Assembly: GCA_963725235.1 (NCBI GenBank)
Contig: CAVRXN010000002.1
Span: 250,902-314,901 of the forward strand
Direction: 5' to 3'
Origin: an uncultured bacterium
Lineage (GTDB): Bacteria > Patescibacteriota > Minisyncoccia > UBA6257 > 2-01-FULL-56-20
Length of the DNA: 64,000 nt
This document shows positions 55,240 through 64,000 of the stretch, piece by piece. The position numbers and the translations under genes are program-made. The notes under the pieces were generated by a model. The model had not been told where the DNA came from, made no database searches, and was given only the letters and a program-made list of their open reading frames with translations. The first letter of the stretch is position 1; the number at the start of each line of letters is the position of its first letter.

Positions 55240-57297
55240 ATGGCCAAGCTCCATAGCGACGAAGAAATCCGCGCGAACGACCTCGCGAAGATCATTCAAA
55301 AAGAAAAGCCGGATGCGGGCGGCGAGAAATTAAAAGATATCGACCCGACGCCGGAAAATTATAAAAAATTCCATGGCGAAGAACGGTCGCATAAGCCATT
55401 GCCGCCTAGCATTAAATGGGGCGTCGCCGGCCTCGTCGTTTTATTTGTCGCCGGCTCGATAATATCATTCTACGTCATTAAAGCGAAGGTGAAAGCGACG
55501 ATCGCATCGCAGGTCGGGACGCTGCAGGCCGGTGTCGCGGATCTGCAAAATTTCGACACGCAGGATGCGCAGCAGGAATTCGCAATGCTCTCGAGTACCA
55601 GTTCCACGCCGAGCTGGGAAAGTGTCCTCGGCATGTTCGGTTTCCTCTATAAAGGTGGCAGCAGCGCCGTCTCATCCTTTACCGACCTCGCCACGCAATT
55701 GACGGCGCTCTCGCAAGAAGCCGGCTCGCTCGAGTCCGGCGTTTTCAGTTTTACCGCAAACGGCCAAGGCGGTAATTTGATAACCGGCCTAACCCAGGTC
55801 CGCAGCACGCTCGCCGCGATCGACAACGACAGCAACCAGCTTTCGAGCGCCGCATCGCTCGTCGGCGTGAGTGCGAGCTCGACCATCGGCGGCAGCAATT
55901 TCTATTTGCCACTTAAAACGCAGATCGAGGGCGCTGAAAATTTCCTGAATGTGTTCATCCCATGGCTCGCGACGTCGACGCCGCATCACGTGCTCGTTCT
56001 GTTGCAAAATCCGTCCGAGATGCGCCCGGGCGGCGGCTTCCTCGGCAGCTATGCCGACGTGACGTTGGCCAACGGCAATATAACAAACATTTCCGTACAT
56101 GACATAACCGATGTCGATAAGGCGTTCACGCAAAAAATAATCCCGCCTGCGCCACTGCAACTCGAGAATAATAATTTCCGTCCCGCCGATGCGAATTGGT
56201 TTTTCGACTTTCCGACATCGGCGTCGAAGACGATTGAATTTTTCGAAGACGCGACGTCGACACAATACGACAGCGCGATCGCCGTTTCGCCGCAGGTCGT
56301 GAGCGACTTGTTATCGGTCACCGGGCCGATTACAATTTCTTCTACAACATTCACCTCGACCAACTTGCTGACACAGATCCAAAATATCGTCCAGCAGGGG
56401 CAAGCAACGACCGCAACCTATCCGAAAGCCGTTATCGGCGACTTGGCACATGCGATCTTCACGCAGCTCGCGGCATCATCGACCGACGAAGCGCAAAGCC
56501 AGGAATTACTCGCGATGGCGCTCGATTGGGTGAATAAGCGAAACGTCATGGCGTACTTTACGGATCCGGCGTTCGAAGGATTCGTGCAAAGTTATGGCGC
56601 AGGCGGCGATGTCTATCAGTTGCCACAGAATTTCAACGGCGACTATCTCGCGCTCGCCGATGCGGATATTAATAGTGACAAATCGGAATTATATGTTTCT
56701 CAGACTGTTGACTGGACGGCGCAGATCAATGCGGATAATACGATAACAGACAGTGTGGTGATAGAAAAAACACATACCGGCAACCAAAGCCCGTATTGGT
56801 GGTATCAGACGACGAACCAGGATTATCTCCAGCTCTTCGTTCCGGATGGGGCGGCGCTGACGAATGAAACTGGCGGGTTTTTGAAAAAGATCACGCCGCC
56901 GATTAACTATGCCCACAGCGGTTACTCGACCGACCCGATGATCGCCGCAATCGTATCGTCGACCCAGCCGTACTTGTTATATCCGAACGTAACGACGCAT
57001 GAAGAAGATGGCAAAGAAGTGTTCGCCGCGTGGACACGCGTGGCGAAAGGGCAGTCGACCTCCATCGAGTTCGATTATACGCATCGCGCATTCCTCCCGC
57101 CCGTCGCCGGCACGCAGTATCAATTCGTTTTCGAAAAGCAGGCCGGCTCCGCGCGCTCATACAACTTTACCATCGACGCCCCGCTCGGCTTCATCTTCGC
57201 CGAGAACGGCCTCGCAACCTATCAATATTCATCCGACGATCCGCCGGGGCGATTGATTATTACACTAACACTGGAGGCGATTGGGGCGGGGGAGTAA
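55240..57297 (+). CDS. DUF4012-type membrane-anchored protein
   Basis: Single N-terminal TM helix. HVLVLLQNPSEMRPGGGFLGSYADV is the hallmark stretch of DUF4012 proteins. Confidence 0.75.
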   Translation: MAKLHSDEEIRANDLAKIIQKEKPDAGGEKLKDIDPTPENYKKFHGEERSHKPLPPSIKWGVAGLVVLFVAGSIISFYVIKAKVKATIASQVGTLQAGVADLQNFDTQDAQQEFAMLSSTSSTPSWESVLGMFGFLYKGGSSAVSSFTDLATQLTALSQEAGSLESGVFSFTANGQGGNLITGLTQVRSTLAAIDNDSNQLSSAASLVGVSASSTIGGSNFYLPLKTQIEGAENFLNVFIPWLATSTPHHVLVLLQNPSEMRPGGGFLGSYADVTLANGNITNISVHDITDVDKAFTQKIIPPAPLQLENNNFRPADANWFFDFPTSASKTIEFFEDATSTQYDSAIAVSPQVVSDLLSVTGPITISSTTFTSTNLLTQIQNIVQQGQATTATYPKAVIGDLAHAIFTQLAASSTDEAQSQELLAMALDWVNKRNVMAYFTDPAFEGFVQSYGAGGDVYQLPQNFNGDYLALADADINSDKSELYVSQTVDWTAQINADNTITDSVVIEKTHTGNQSPYWWYQTTNQDYLQLFVPDGAALTNETGGFLKKITPPINYAHSGYSTDPMIAAIVSSTQPYLLYPNVTTHEEDGKEVFAAWTRVAKGQSTSIEFDYTHRAFLPPVAGTQYQFVFEKQAGSARSYNFTIDAPLGFIFAENGLATYQYSSDDPPGRLIITLTLEAIGAGE

Positions 57298-57309
57298 AAG
57301 AAAAATAAG

Positions 57310-59028
57310 CTACACCAACTTATAGCTCACCTCCTTCACGCCCTTGATCTTCTTGATCCTCACGATAAGTTTTGCGATTTTGGGTACGTCAACGGTCTGC
57401 AGTTCAACCCGTTCGAACGAAAGTTTGCCGCCCTTCGGATGCTCGGCGTGATAACTTAAAATATTTATATGATTTCGTGCAATCAAAGTCGAGAGATCCT
57501 GAATGAGGCCGATGCGATCTTCGATGACGATCTTCATCGAGCAGCGCGACGGTTTGTGCCATTTTTGCACGAACTCATCCTTCGCGCGTAAAGCGGCGCG
57601 GATGTGGTTGCGCGCGGCTTCGGTTTTGGCAAATTTTAACCAATCCTCGGACGGTTTCTTGCCACGCTGGCGTACGATTTCCACCATATCGCCCGATGCG
57701 AGTTCATGGTCGAGGGGCATTAAAATTCCATTAACCCGAGCGCCGGTTGCCTGGTCGCCAAGCTCCGAATGAACGTGGTACGCAAAATCGATCGGCGTTG
57801 CGCCGGCGGGAAGGTCGATGACGTCGCCGCGGGGGGTGATGACGAAGATGCGATGCCGGAAGAAATCGATTTTCATCGCCTCGAGAAAATTTTCCGCGTC
57901 GACTTTGCCTTCCGCGTCGCCGCCTTCGCTGCCGAACACGCGATCCTGCCATTCGCGCAGCTGCCGCACCCACGCGATATCATGCGCCAGTTTTTCCGGC
58001 GACACGCCGCGCCGCTTATCCTTCTCTTTATATAACCAATGCGCCGCGACCCCGTATTCGCTTTCCTCATGCATTTCGCGCGTGCGGATCTGGAATTCGA
58101 CGAGATGCTCATCCGGGCCGATGACGGTCGTATGCAAGCTGCGATATGCGTTTGGTTTCGGCAACGCGATATAATCTTTGATCCGGCCGGGGACCGGCGG
58201 CCATGCTTCGTGGATGACGCCGAGGACGGCGTAGCATTCGGCGACAGTGCCGACGATGATGCGCATCGCGACGAGGTCGTGGACGCTGCCGATGTCCATG
58301 TTCCGCTTTAATAATTTTTTGTACAAGCTGCTGTAGCGTTTCGCGCGAAAATCAATCCTGAAATTTTTTATTTCATGTTTTTTTAACAATGCCTCGACCT
58401 CAGGTTTGATCGATTCGAGATAGGCGAGTCGCTCGGCATATTGTTCCTCGGTCGTCCGTTTCAACCATTCATATTCTTTCGGCGAGAGATACGCGAATGC
58501 GATGTCTTCGAGCTCGCCGCTGACACTATACATCCCAAGCCGGTAGGCGAGCGGTGCATAAATTTCGCTCGTCTCGAGCGCTATACGTTTTTGTTTCACG
58601 GGCGGGAGCGCGTCGAGCGTATGCATGTTGTGCATCCGGTCGGCGAGCTTGATAAAAACGACGCGAAGATCTTGCGACAGCGCCAAAACCATCTTCCGCA
58701 TATTTTCCGCCTTGCTCTCGACGCCCCGATATTTCAGCCGGCCGAGTTTCGTCACGCCATCGACAAGGAACGCGACCTCGTCGCCAAACTCGGCGCGAAT
58801 CTTTTCGAGTGACACGCCCGTATCCTCGACGGTGTCGTGCAACAAGCCAGCCGCGATCGTCGCTTCGTCCATATGCCACTGGCTCAGGATCTCCGCCGTC
58901 GCGAGGACGTGGTTAAAGTACGGTTCGCCAGAGCGGCGCTTTTGCGCGCGATGTGCTTTTTCGGCAAACGCGTACGCGCGGGCGATCAGAGTGTCCGGAT
59001 GAGTTTTGAGGGATTCGCGGAGGGACAT
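57310..59028 (-). CDS. relA: Bifunctional (p)ppGpp synthetase/hydrolase RelA/SpoT homologue
   Basis: HD domain HDTVEDT, synthetase domain YRSLHTTV, then TGS and ACT-like C-terminal regions. Confidence 0.9.
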   Translation of the reverse strand: MSLRESLKTHPDTLIARAYAFAEKAHRAQKRRSGEPYFNHVLATAEILSQWHMDEATIAAGLLHDTVEDTGVSLEKIRAEFGDEVAFLVDGVTKLGRLKYRGVESKAENMRKMVLALSQDLRVVFIKLADRMHNMHTLDALPPVKQKRIALETSEIYAPLAYRLGMYSVSGELEDIAFAYLSPKEYEWLKRTTEEQYAERLAYLESIKPEVEALLKKHEIKNFRIDFRAKRYSSLYKKLLKRNMDIGSVHDLVAMRIIVGTVAECYAVLGVIHEAWPPVPGRIKDYIALPKPNAYRSLHTTVIGPDEHLVEFQIRTREMHEESEYGVAAHWLYKEKDKRRGVSPEKLAHDIAWVRQLREWQDRVFGSEGGDAEGKVDAENFLEAMKIDFFRHRIFVITPRGDVIDLPAGATPIDFAYHVHSELGDQATGARVNGILMPLDHELASGDMVEIVRQRGKKPSEDWLKFAKTEAARNHIRAALRAKDEFVQKWHKPSRCSMKIVIEDRIGLIQDLSTLIARNHINILSYHAEHPKGGKLSFERVELQTVDVPKIAKLIVRIKKIKGVKEVSYKLV

Positions 59029-59106
59029 GGGTTTATAGTACTATTATTTACAAATTTATTCATATGGATTATAATAGGCGGCAGATTCGGAAAATTGGAG
59101 GTTATC

Positions 59107-59487
59107 ATGGAAATTTGGCGAGTTAAGGATGGACAATGGGAGAAAAAACCATTTGTCTCGACCGAGTATGGCAGGATAGATGATTGTTTTTCGGGTGGAG
59201 TTTCGCTTGCGCGACTCGTTACTGAAGAGGCTCGAGGTGAGAATGAAAATTACGGGAAACGCTGGATAGTGTTCAGTGAAAGCGAGACCGGCAAGCTAAC
59301 GGCGCCCAGCGATAAGTTGGCCGGACGACAAACTCATGCGGTTTTGGACGCGGTGATTATCAGTGTTCGACGGCTTCTCACGGGGAAAACCATAGGGCTA
59401 AGCGTTATAACCGTGAATTCAAGCAACCCAATCGCAGTACCCGAACGCATGGGTCGACATCAGTTTGCCATCCAGATAGAGGATTGA
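59107..59487 (+). CDS. Hypothetical protein
   Basis: GGAGG 6 nt before ATG 59107 (inside track ORF 58837..59487). 126 aa. Confidence 0.45.
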   Translation: MEIWRVKDGQWEKKPFVSTEYGRIDDCFSGGVSLARLVTEEARGENENYGKRWIVFSESETGKLTAPSDKLAGRQTHAVLDAVIISVRRLLTGKTIGLSVITVNSSNPIAVPERMGRHQFAIQIED

Positions 59488-59506
59488 AGTTCCTCAGCGC
59501 TGGTTC

Positions 59507-59535
59507 CCGGACTCCTAAGGAGTCCGGACTTTTTT
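59507..59535. terminator. Bidirectional hairpin terminator
   Basis: CCGGACTCC-taa-GGAGTCCGG followed by acTTTTTT. It overlaps the topA stop codon. Confidence 0.6.
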
Positions 59536-61789
59536 ATCCTTCGCCCCCTTCTTCTCCGCTTTCGGCTTCGGCGGATTTTCTTTCCAATTTTTCCATGCCG
59601 CGTCGAGCTCTTCCTGCGTCTCCGGCTTTTTGTTCATGACGAACGTGCAGTCAGGGAAGCGCGTGCAGGCGTAGAACGGTTTGCCGCGTCCGCGGGATTT
59701 TTTCTCGACGACATCGCCGGGTTTCTCGGCGCGTTCCGGCGTATGCAAACACTCCGGGCACTTGAAGCCGGTTTTGTTCCAGATTTTCGTAATGCCTTTG
59801 CATTTTGGATAATCGATGCAGCCGAGGAAGTAGCCGAACCGACCGCGGCGCACTTTCATCGGCTTGCCGCAGATCGGGCAAAGTTCGTCTTTCGTTTTTT
59901 CCTCCAGCGCTTTGATCTCGGCCGCTTCTTCCGGCATCGGCAACGTGACTTTCACGCCCGGCTCGGGGCACGCGAGGAATTTGCCCATGCGCCCGAATTT
60001 TATGATCATCGGCTTGCCGCAGTGCGGGCAGGGGACATCGGAAATTTCGATCTGTTTTTCCACGCTCGCTTCTTTTTCTTTCAGATTCTTTTTGAACGGG
60101 TCGTAAAATTCGCGCGCGACATCGGTCCACTTGATTTTACCTTCGGCGATATCATCGAACTCCTCTTCGATGCGCGACGTGAATTTTAGGTCGACGATTT
60201 CGGGAAAGTTTTCGACGAGCAGGTCGTTCACCAAAATGCCGATCTCGGTCGGCGAATATTTCTTGTCAATTTTTTCAACGTAGCCGCGCTCCTGGATCGT
60301 CGAAAGCGTCGGCGCGTAGGTCGACGGGCGGCCGATGCCTTCAGCTTCGAGCGCTTTCACGAGCGTCGCGTCGCTGTAGCGCGCCGGCGGTTCGGTGAAA
60401 TGTTGGATCGGATCGAGCTTCTCGAGTTTCAAGACATCGCCCTTTTCGAGCTTCGGCAATTGGCCTTCGATCTCGCTCGGCGCATCGTCATCATCGCGGC
60501 CTTCGGTGTATGCCCGGATGAAGCCGTCGAATTTTACCGTCTGGCCGTTCGCGCGGAAATTTTCTGCGCCGCTCGGTGTCCGCTTCGATATCGACCGCGG
60601 TTTGCTCGAGGACAGCCTCGCGCATCTGCGACGCGATCGTGCGCTTCCAGATCAGCTCGTAGAGCTTGTCCGCGCCGCGCGCCGAAGCCGCAAAACCGCG
60701 TCCGGTCGTAACGGTCAGATTCGTCGGGCGGATCGCCTCGTGCGCTTCCTGCGCGCCTTTGCTGTGCGTCGCATAGCGGCGCGGCCCTCCGAGCTGATAT
60801 TCCTCTCCGAACTCCGCGCCGATCACTTCGCGCGCTTGCGCAAGAGCCGACTCGGCGAGGTTCACACTGTCGGTACGCATGTACGTAATATGTCCGTTTT
60901 CGTACAGCTTCTGCGCGACCATCATCGTTTGCTTCGCCGACCAGCCGAGTTTGCGCGCCGCTTCCTGTTGGAGCGTCGAGGTCGTGAATGGCGCCGACGG
61001 ATTCCGGCGCACTTCTTTCATCGTAATTTCCGCGATATGATATTTCGCGCCGGCGAGCTCCTCTATAATATGCTTCGCGTCAGCTTCGTCCGTAATGCCC
61101 ATTTTGCCGACCGCTTTGCCGTTGATAGCTTGCAAAACGGCAGGGAACGGCGTTTTGCCACGCGCAGCGGGCGGCAAAAACTCCGCCTCAATCGTCCAGT
61201 ATTCCTCTTTATTAAACGCCTGGATCAGGCGTTCGCGTTCGACAACAAGCCGAACCGCAACGCTCTGCACGCGTCCGGCCGACAAGCCGTAACGGATCTT
61301 GCGCCACAAGAACGGCGATAGCTCATAGCCGACAAGCCGATCGAGAACGCGCCGTGCCTGTTGAGCGTCAACGAGATTGAGATCGAGCGCGCGCGGATTT
61401 TCAAGGGCGTGCAAAATCGCATCCTTTGTAATTTCATGGAAGACGATGCGCTCGATCGGGCGAGCAGTCTTTTTGCCATCACCTTCCTTACCGTCGAGGT
61501 CGAGCGCCTTGATCAAATGCCACGCGATCGCTTCGCCTTCGCGGTCTTCGTCGGTTGCGAGAATGACACGCGTCGCTTTTTTTGCGAGCGCTTTCAGATT
61601 CTCGACGACGGGTTCGGCTTTCTTCGGAATGACATAGGTCGGCTCGAAATCGTGTTTTACATCGATGCCAATTTTGCTTTTTGGAAGATCGCGAACGTGG
61701 CCGTACGATGATTCGACGACGTAGTCCTTGCCGACAAATTTTCCAATCGTTTTCGCTTTGGTTGGTGATTCAACAATAACTAATTCCAT
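59515..61789 (-). CDS. topA: DNA topoisomerase I, interrupted by one frameshift
   Basis: N-terminal piece 60491..61789 has TOPRIM VIVESPTKAKTI and the Tyr region YENGHITYMRTDS. C-terminal piece 59515..60459 has four CxxC zinc ribbons. The C-terminal frame is readable from about 60585 (TPSGAENFRANGQTVKFDGF). Confidence 0.9.
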
Positions 61790-61811
61790 AATTTTGTTTG
61801 CGTTCGCAAGT

Positions 61812-62972
61812 TTACTCTATTATATAGCCCGATTCCGTTTCTTTGACTAATCGCTTGAGTAAAAGGAATGAAATCGTTTGGCTTACGACACGGGGTTCTA
61901 GTTTAGTCAGTTCGATAATTTTGTCAACATCGAGAGGATGCCGTGCGCCGTGCAGCGCAATTAAAACCTGCTTTTCTTCGGCGGTTGCATCGCGCAGCGC
62001 TCGCTCGAACTTCTCTTTTTTGCCGAAACCATACGCTTCGAGAATATGTTCCGGTTCCGTGACGAGCGTAGCCCCTTGACGGATTAAATTATGGGACTCG
62101 AAAAAGTTCGGATGCGTGATTGGGCCGGGGACGACGAAGACGTCGCGATTCTGCTCGAGTGCGAAGTTTGCAGTCGCATACGAGCCCGACCGGGCCGGGC
62201 ATTCTATAATAAGCGAACCGCGCGACAAGCCGCTGATAATCCGATTGCGTTCGATAAATCGGTCCGGATACGGTGGTTCGCCGGGCGGGTATTCCGATAT
62301 AATTGCGCCGCCGGAATCGAGAATTCGCCAGCCCAAATCTTCGTGCTCGCGCGGATAAACCTTGTCGACACCTCGCGCGAGAACGACGACCGTTTTACCC
62401 GCCCCGCTGCTCGCCTCGCCGGCCTCCAGGCATCCTTCGTGTGCTGCTGCGTCGATCCCGAACGCGAGGCCGCTGACGATCGTAAAGCCAGCGGCGGCCA
62501 AGTCGCGTGCGAAGCGGTGGGCAATCAGTTTGCCATCCGGAGTCGCACGGCGGGTACCGACGATCGTGAGGGACAGCGCGGCGATCGTCGCCGGCAACTC
62601 ACCGCGAACATATAAAGCGAGCGGCGCGTCGTGAATATGCCGCAGCAACGCCGGGTACTCCGGTTCATCCAAGAAAATTATACGAATCCCGCGCTGCTCC
62701 AAATTTTCCTGCTCGAGCTCAACATCCGCCATATTTTCCGAGTAAGGCTTCGGCGGCGGTCCACCTTTCTTGCCGGCCCGCCGCCCCTGCGGTCCAAGGC
62801 CACCATCCGCCGCACCGCTCGCCAAATATTCATACGCCGCCACCCAGCCCGGGAAAACGCCGTCGTTCAGTTTCTTCAATCGCTCGACAAGCAGCCGCAT
62901 CCCATATGGACTACCCTCAAGCGTCACCGCAACCGCATTATAAAATATTTTTTCTTGCGTTTTTGTATTCAT
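61812..62972 (-). CDS. dprA: DNA processing protein DprA/Smf
   Basis: VGTRRATPDG and SGLAFGIDAAAHEG, plus a C-terminal winged-helix-like tail. Confidence 0.85.
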   Translation of the reverse strand: MNTKTQEKIFYNAVAVTLEGSPYGMRLLVERLKKLNDGVFPGWVAAYEYLASGAADGGLGPQGRRAGKKGGPPPKPYSENMADVELEQENLEQRGIRIIFLDEPEYPALLRHIHDAPLALYVRGELPATIAALSLTIVGTRRATPDGKLIAHRFARDLAAAGFTIVSGLAFGIDAAAHEGCLEAGEASSGAGKTVVVLARGVDKVYPREHEDLGWRILDSGGAIISEYPPGEPPYPDRFIERNRIISGLSRGSLIIECPARSGSYATANFALEQNRDVFVVPGPITHPNFFESHNLIRQGATLVTEPEHILEAYGFGKKEKFERALRDATAEEKQVLIALHGARHPLDVDKIIELTKLEPRVVSQTISFLLLKRLVKETESGYIIE

Positions 62973-63050
62973 ACTCTCACCATACTCATCCCCAAAAAAA
63001 GCGCAAAAGTTTCTTTAGATTTTTTTAATTTTGTTGTACTATAGAGCGAT

Positions 63051-63611
63051 ATGACTCAGGCGGACCAATATATAAAAGACCTCGATGCGGCACTCGCGGG
63101 CGTTATCGGCAAGCTGAAGCAGGACATTGGCGGTATTCGCGGCAACCGGCCATCGCCGGAAATGTTGCAGGATGTTCGCGTTAACGTTTACGACCAGTCG
63201 CTGTCGATCCGCGAGTTAGGTTCGTTGTCGGTTTTGCCGCCGCGAACGATCCAGATAACGCTATGGGATAAAGATGCGGTGCCGGCCGTTATGAAAGCGA
63301 TCGAAGCTGGACATATGGGGCTCACGGTTTCGAATGATGGCGTGAATATTCGCGCGACGTTGTCGCAGCTTGGCGACGAGCGGCGGGATGAGATGGTGAA
63401 GCTCGTGAAGAAAACGACGGAGGCGGCGCGCATCGACATCCGCCAGCGCCGCGAGACGGCGATCAAGCAGTTGAAGGATGCAGAGGCGCGCAAGGAGATA
63501 ACGGAGGACGATGCGTTCAAAGGACGCGAGCGCGTGCAGAAAGCCGTGGACAAAGCGAACAAGGACGCGGAGGCGATGATGGATGGGAAGATAGGGGAGC
63601 TGGGGGAGTGA
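63051..63611 (+). CDS. frr: Ribosome recycling factor
   Basis: GNRPSPEMLQDVRV, and LPPRTIQITLWDK. 186 aa. Confidence 0.95.
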   Translation: MTQADQYIKDLDAALAGVIGKLKQDIGGIRGNRPSPEMLQDVRVNVYDQSLSIRELGSLSVLPPRTIQITLWDKDAVPAVMKAIEAGHMGLTVSNDGVNIRATLSQLGDERRDEMVKLVKKTTEAARIDIRQRRETAIKQLKDAEARKEITEDDAFKGRERVQKAVDKANKDAEAMMDGKIGELGE

Positions 63612-63683
63612 ATGCCGCCGGAGGGCGGGGCGCCGGAAATAAAAATGGCTCCATCCTGGCGTGTGCTATGGATGAGTCGTGTG

Positions 63684-63932
63684 CTAATAGAGGCTTGCTT
63701 GCGATTCTACGTATGCCGCCATTCGCTTTTCAAGAGATTCGACGAATGTGTTTTTGACATCAAGAGGCAGGAAAATGAATTGCTTCGCTTCTTCCTGCTG
63801 CCGCGGCAACCAGGGGAACACATCGTCATCGACGCTGTCGCATGCGATGACGATGAGCATTATGACAGCCGAAGATGGAACGACCAGGACGAACCAAATG
63901 GCCTGCGCTACGAGCGCTAACAGGTTGACCAC
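63684..63932 (-). CDS. Possible small membrane protein
   Basis: The minus-strand ORF has a plausible TM N-terminus (LLALVAQAIWFVLVVPSSAVIMLIVIA). The competing plus-strand ORF 63612..63920 is Arg/Cys-rich and less protein-like. Confidence 0.3.
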   Translation of the reverse strand: MVNLLALVAQAIWFVLVVPSSAVIMLIVIACDSVDDDVFPWLPRQQEEAKQFIFLPLDVKNTFVESLEKRMAAYVESQASLY

Positions 63933-64000
63933 CGTTATAGCGACTACTTCAGCTATACAAGCGGGGAATCGTACGAAAACAACGTGGGGACGATGTACAG

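Noticed and set aside
1-64000. CRISPR arrays, rRNA genes, transposases, integrases and prophage structural genes
   Set aside because: Scanning both strands by eye gave no regularly spaced direct repeats, no rRNA-like conserved stretches and no DDE/tyrosine/serine recombinase motifs. Absence is stated only at the resolution of manual reading.

Overview
This 64-kb chromosomal window looks like a small-genome Patescibacteria/CPR-type bacterium. That placement is an inference from gene content: a DUF4012-type protein, compact ValRS/AlaRS/UvrC and few biosynthetic genes. Housekeeping genes read from the sequence are gyrB (3' part), secE-nusG, rpsR, valS, rpsU, yqeY-ybeY, ftsA-ftsZ, tRNA-Glu(UUC), parA-parB, rpoD, alaS, rpsP, an ABC exporter, an M29 aminopeptidase, uvrA (decayed), uvrC, relA/spoT, topA, dprA and frr. 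Two accessory regions stand out. (1) At 6.9-9.8 kb there is a complete diversity-generating retroelement (DGR): a target gene with a C-terminal VR, a TR differing almost only at adenines, an Avd on the opposite strand, and an RT whose frame is broken inside an (AG)7 tract. (2) At 33.5-43.8 kb there is a visibly AT-rich island. It carries a type II R-M pair, an SF1 helicase with a translationally coupled small gene, and a LexA-like S24 repressor divergent from a tightly packed cyclase / 3-TM protein / cyclase operon. That operon is Pycsar-like but has two class III cyclase paralogues. The island also holds several uncharacterised genes and is punctuated by three same-orientation GC-rich hairpin elements (C-rich arm, G-rich arm), one carrying a G-quadruplex motif. 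Other notable points are an atypical tRNA-Ala-like RNA with an inverted partial duplicate, and an unusual number of disrupted genes. uvrA has about 9 frameshifts plus one in-frame TGA. topA, the ABC exporter and the DGR RT each have one frameshift, a MazF-like toxin has an in-frame TGA, and a tsaC remnant is present. No rRNA, CRISPR array, transposase or integrase was seen. All family assignments come from reading motifs by eye; no searches were run.
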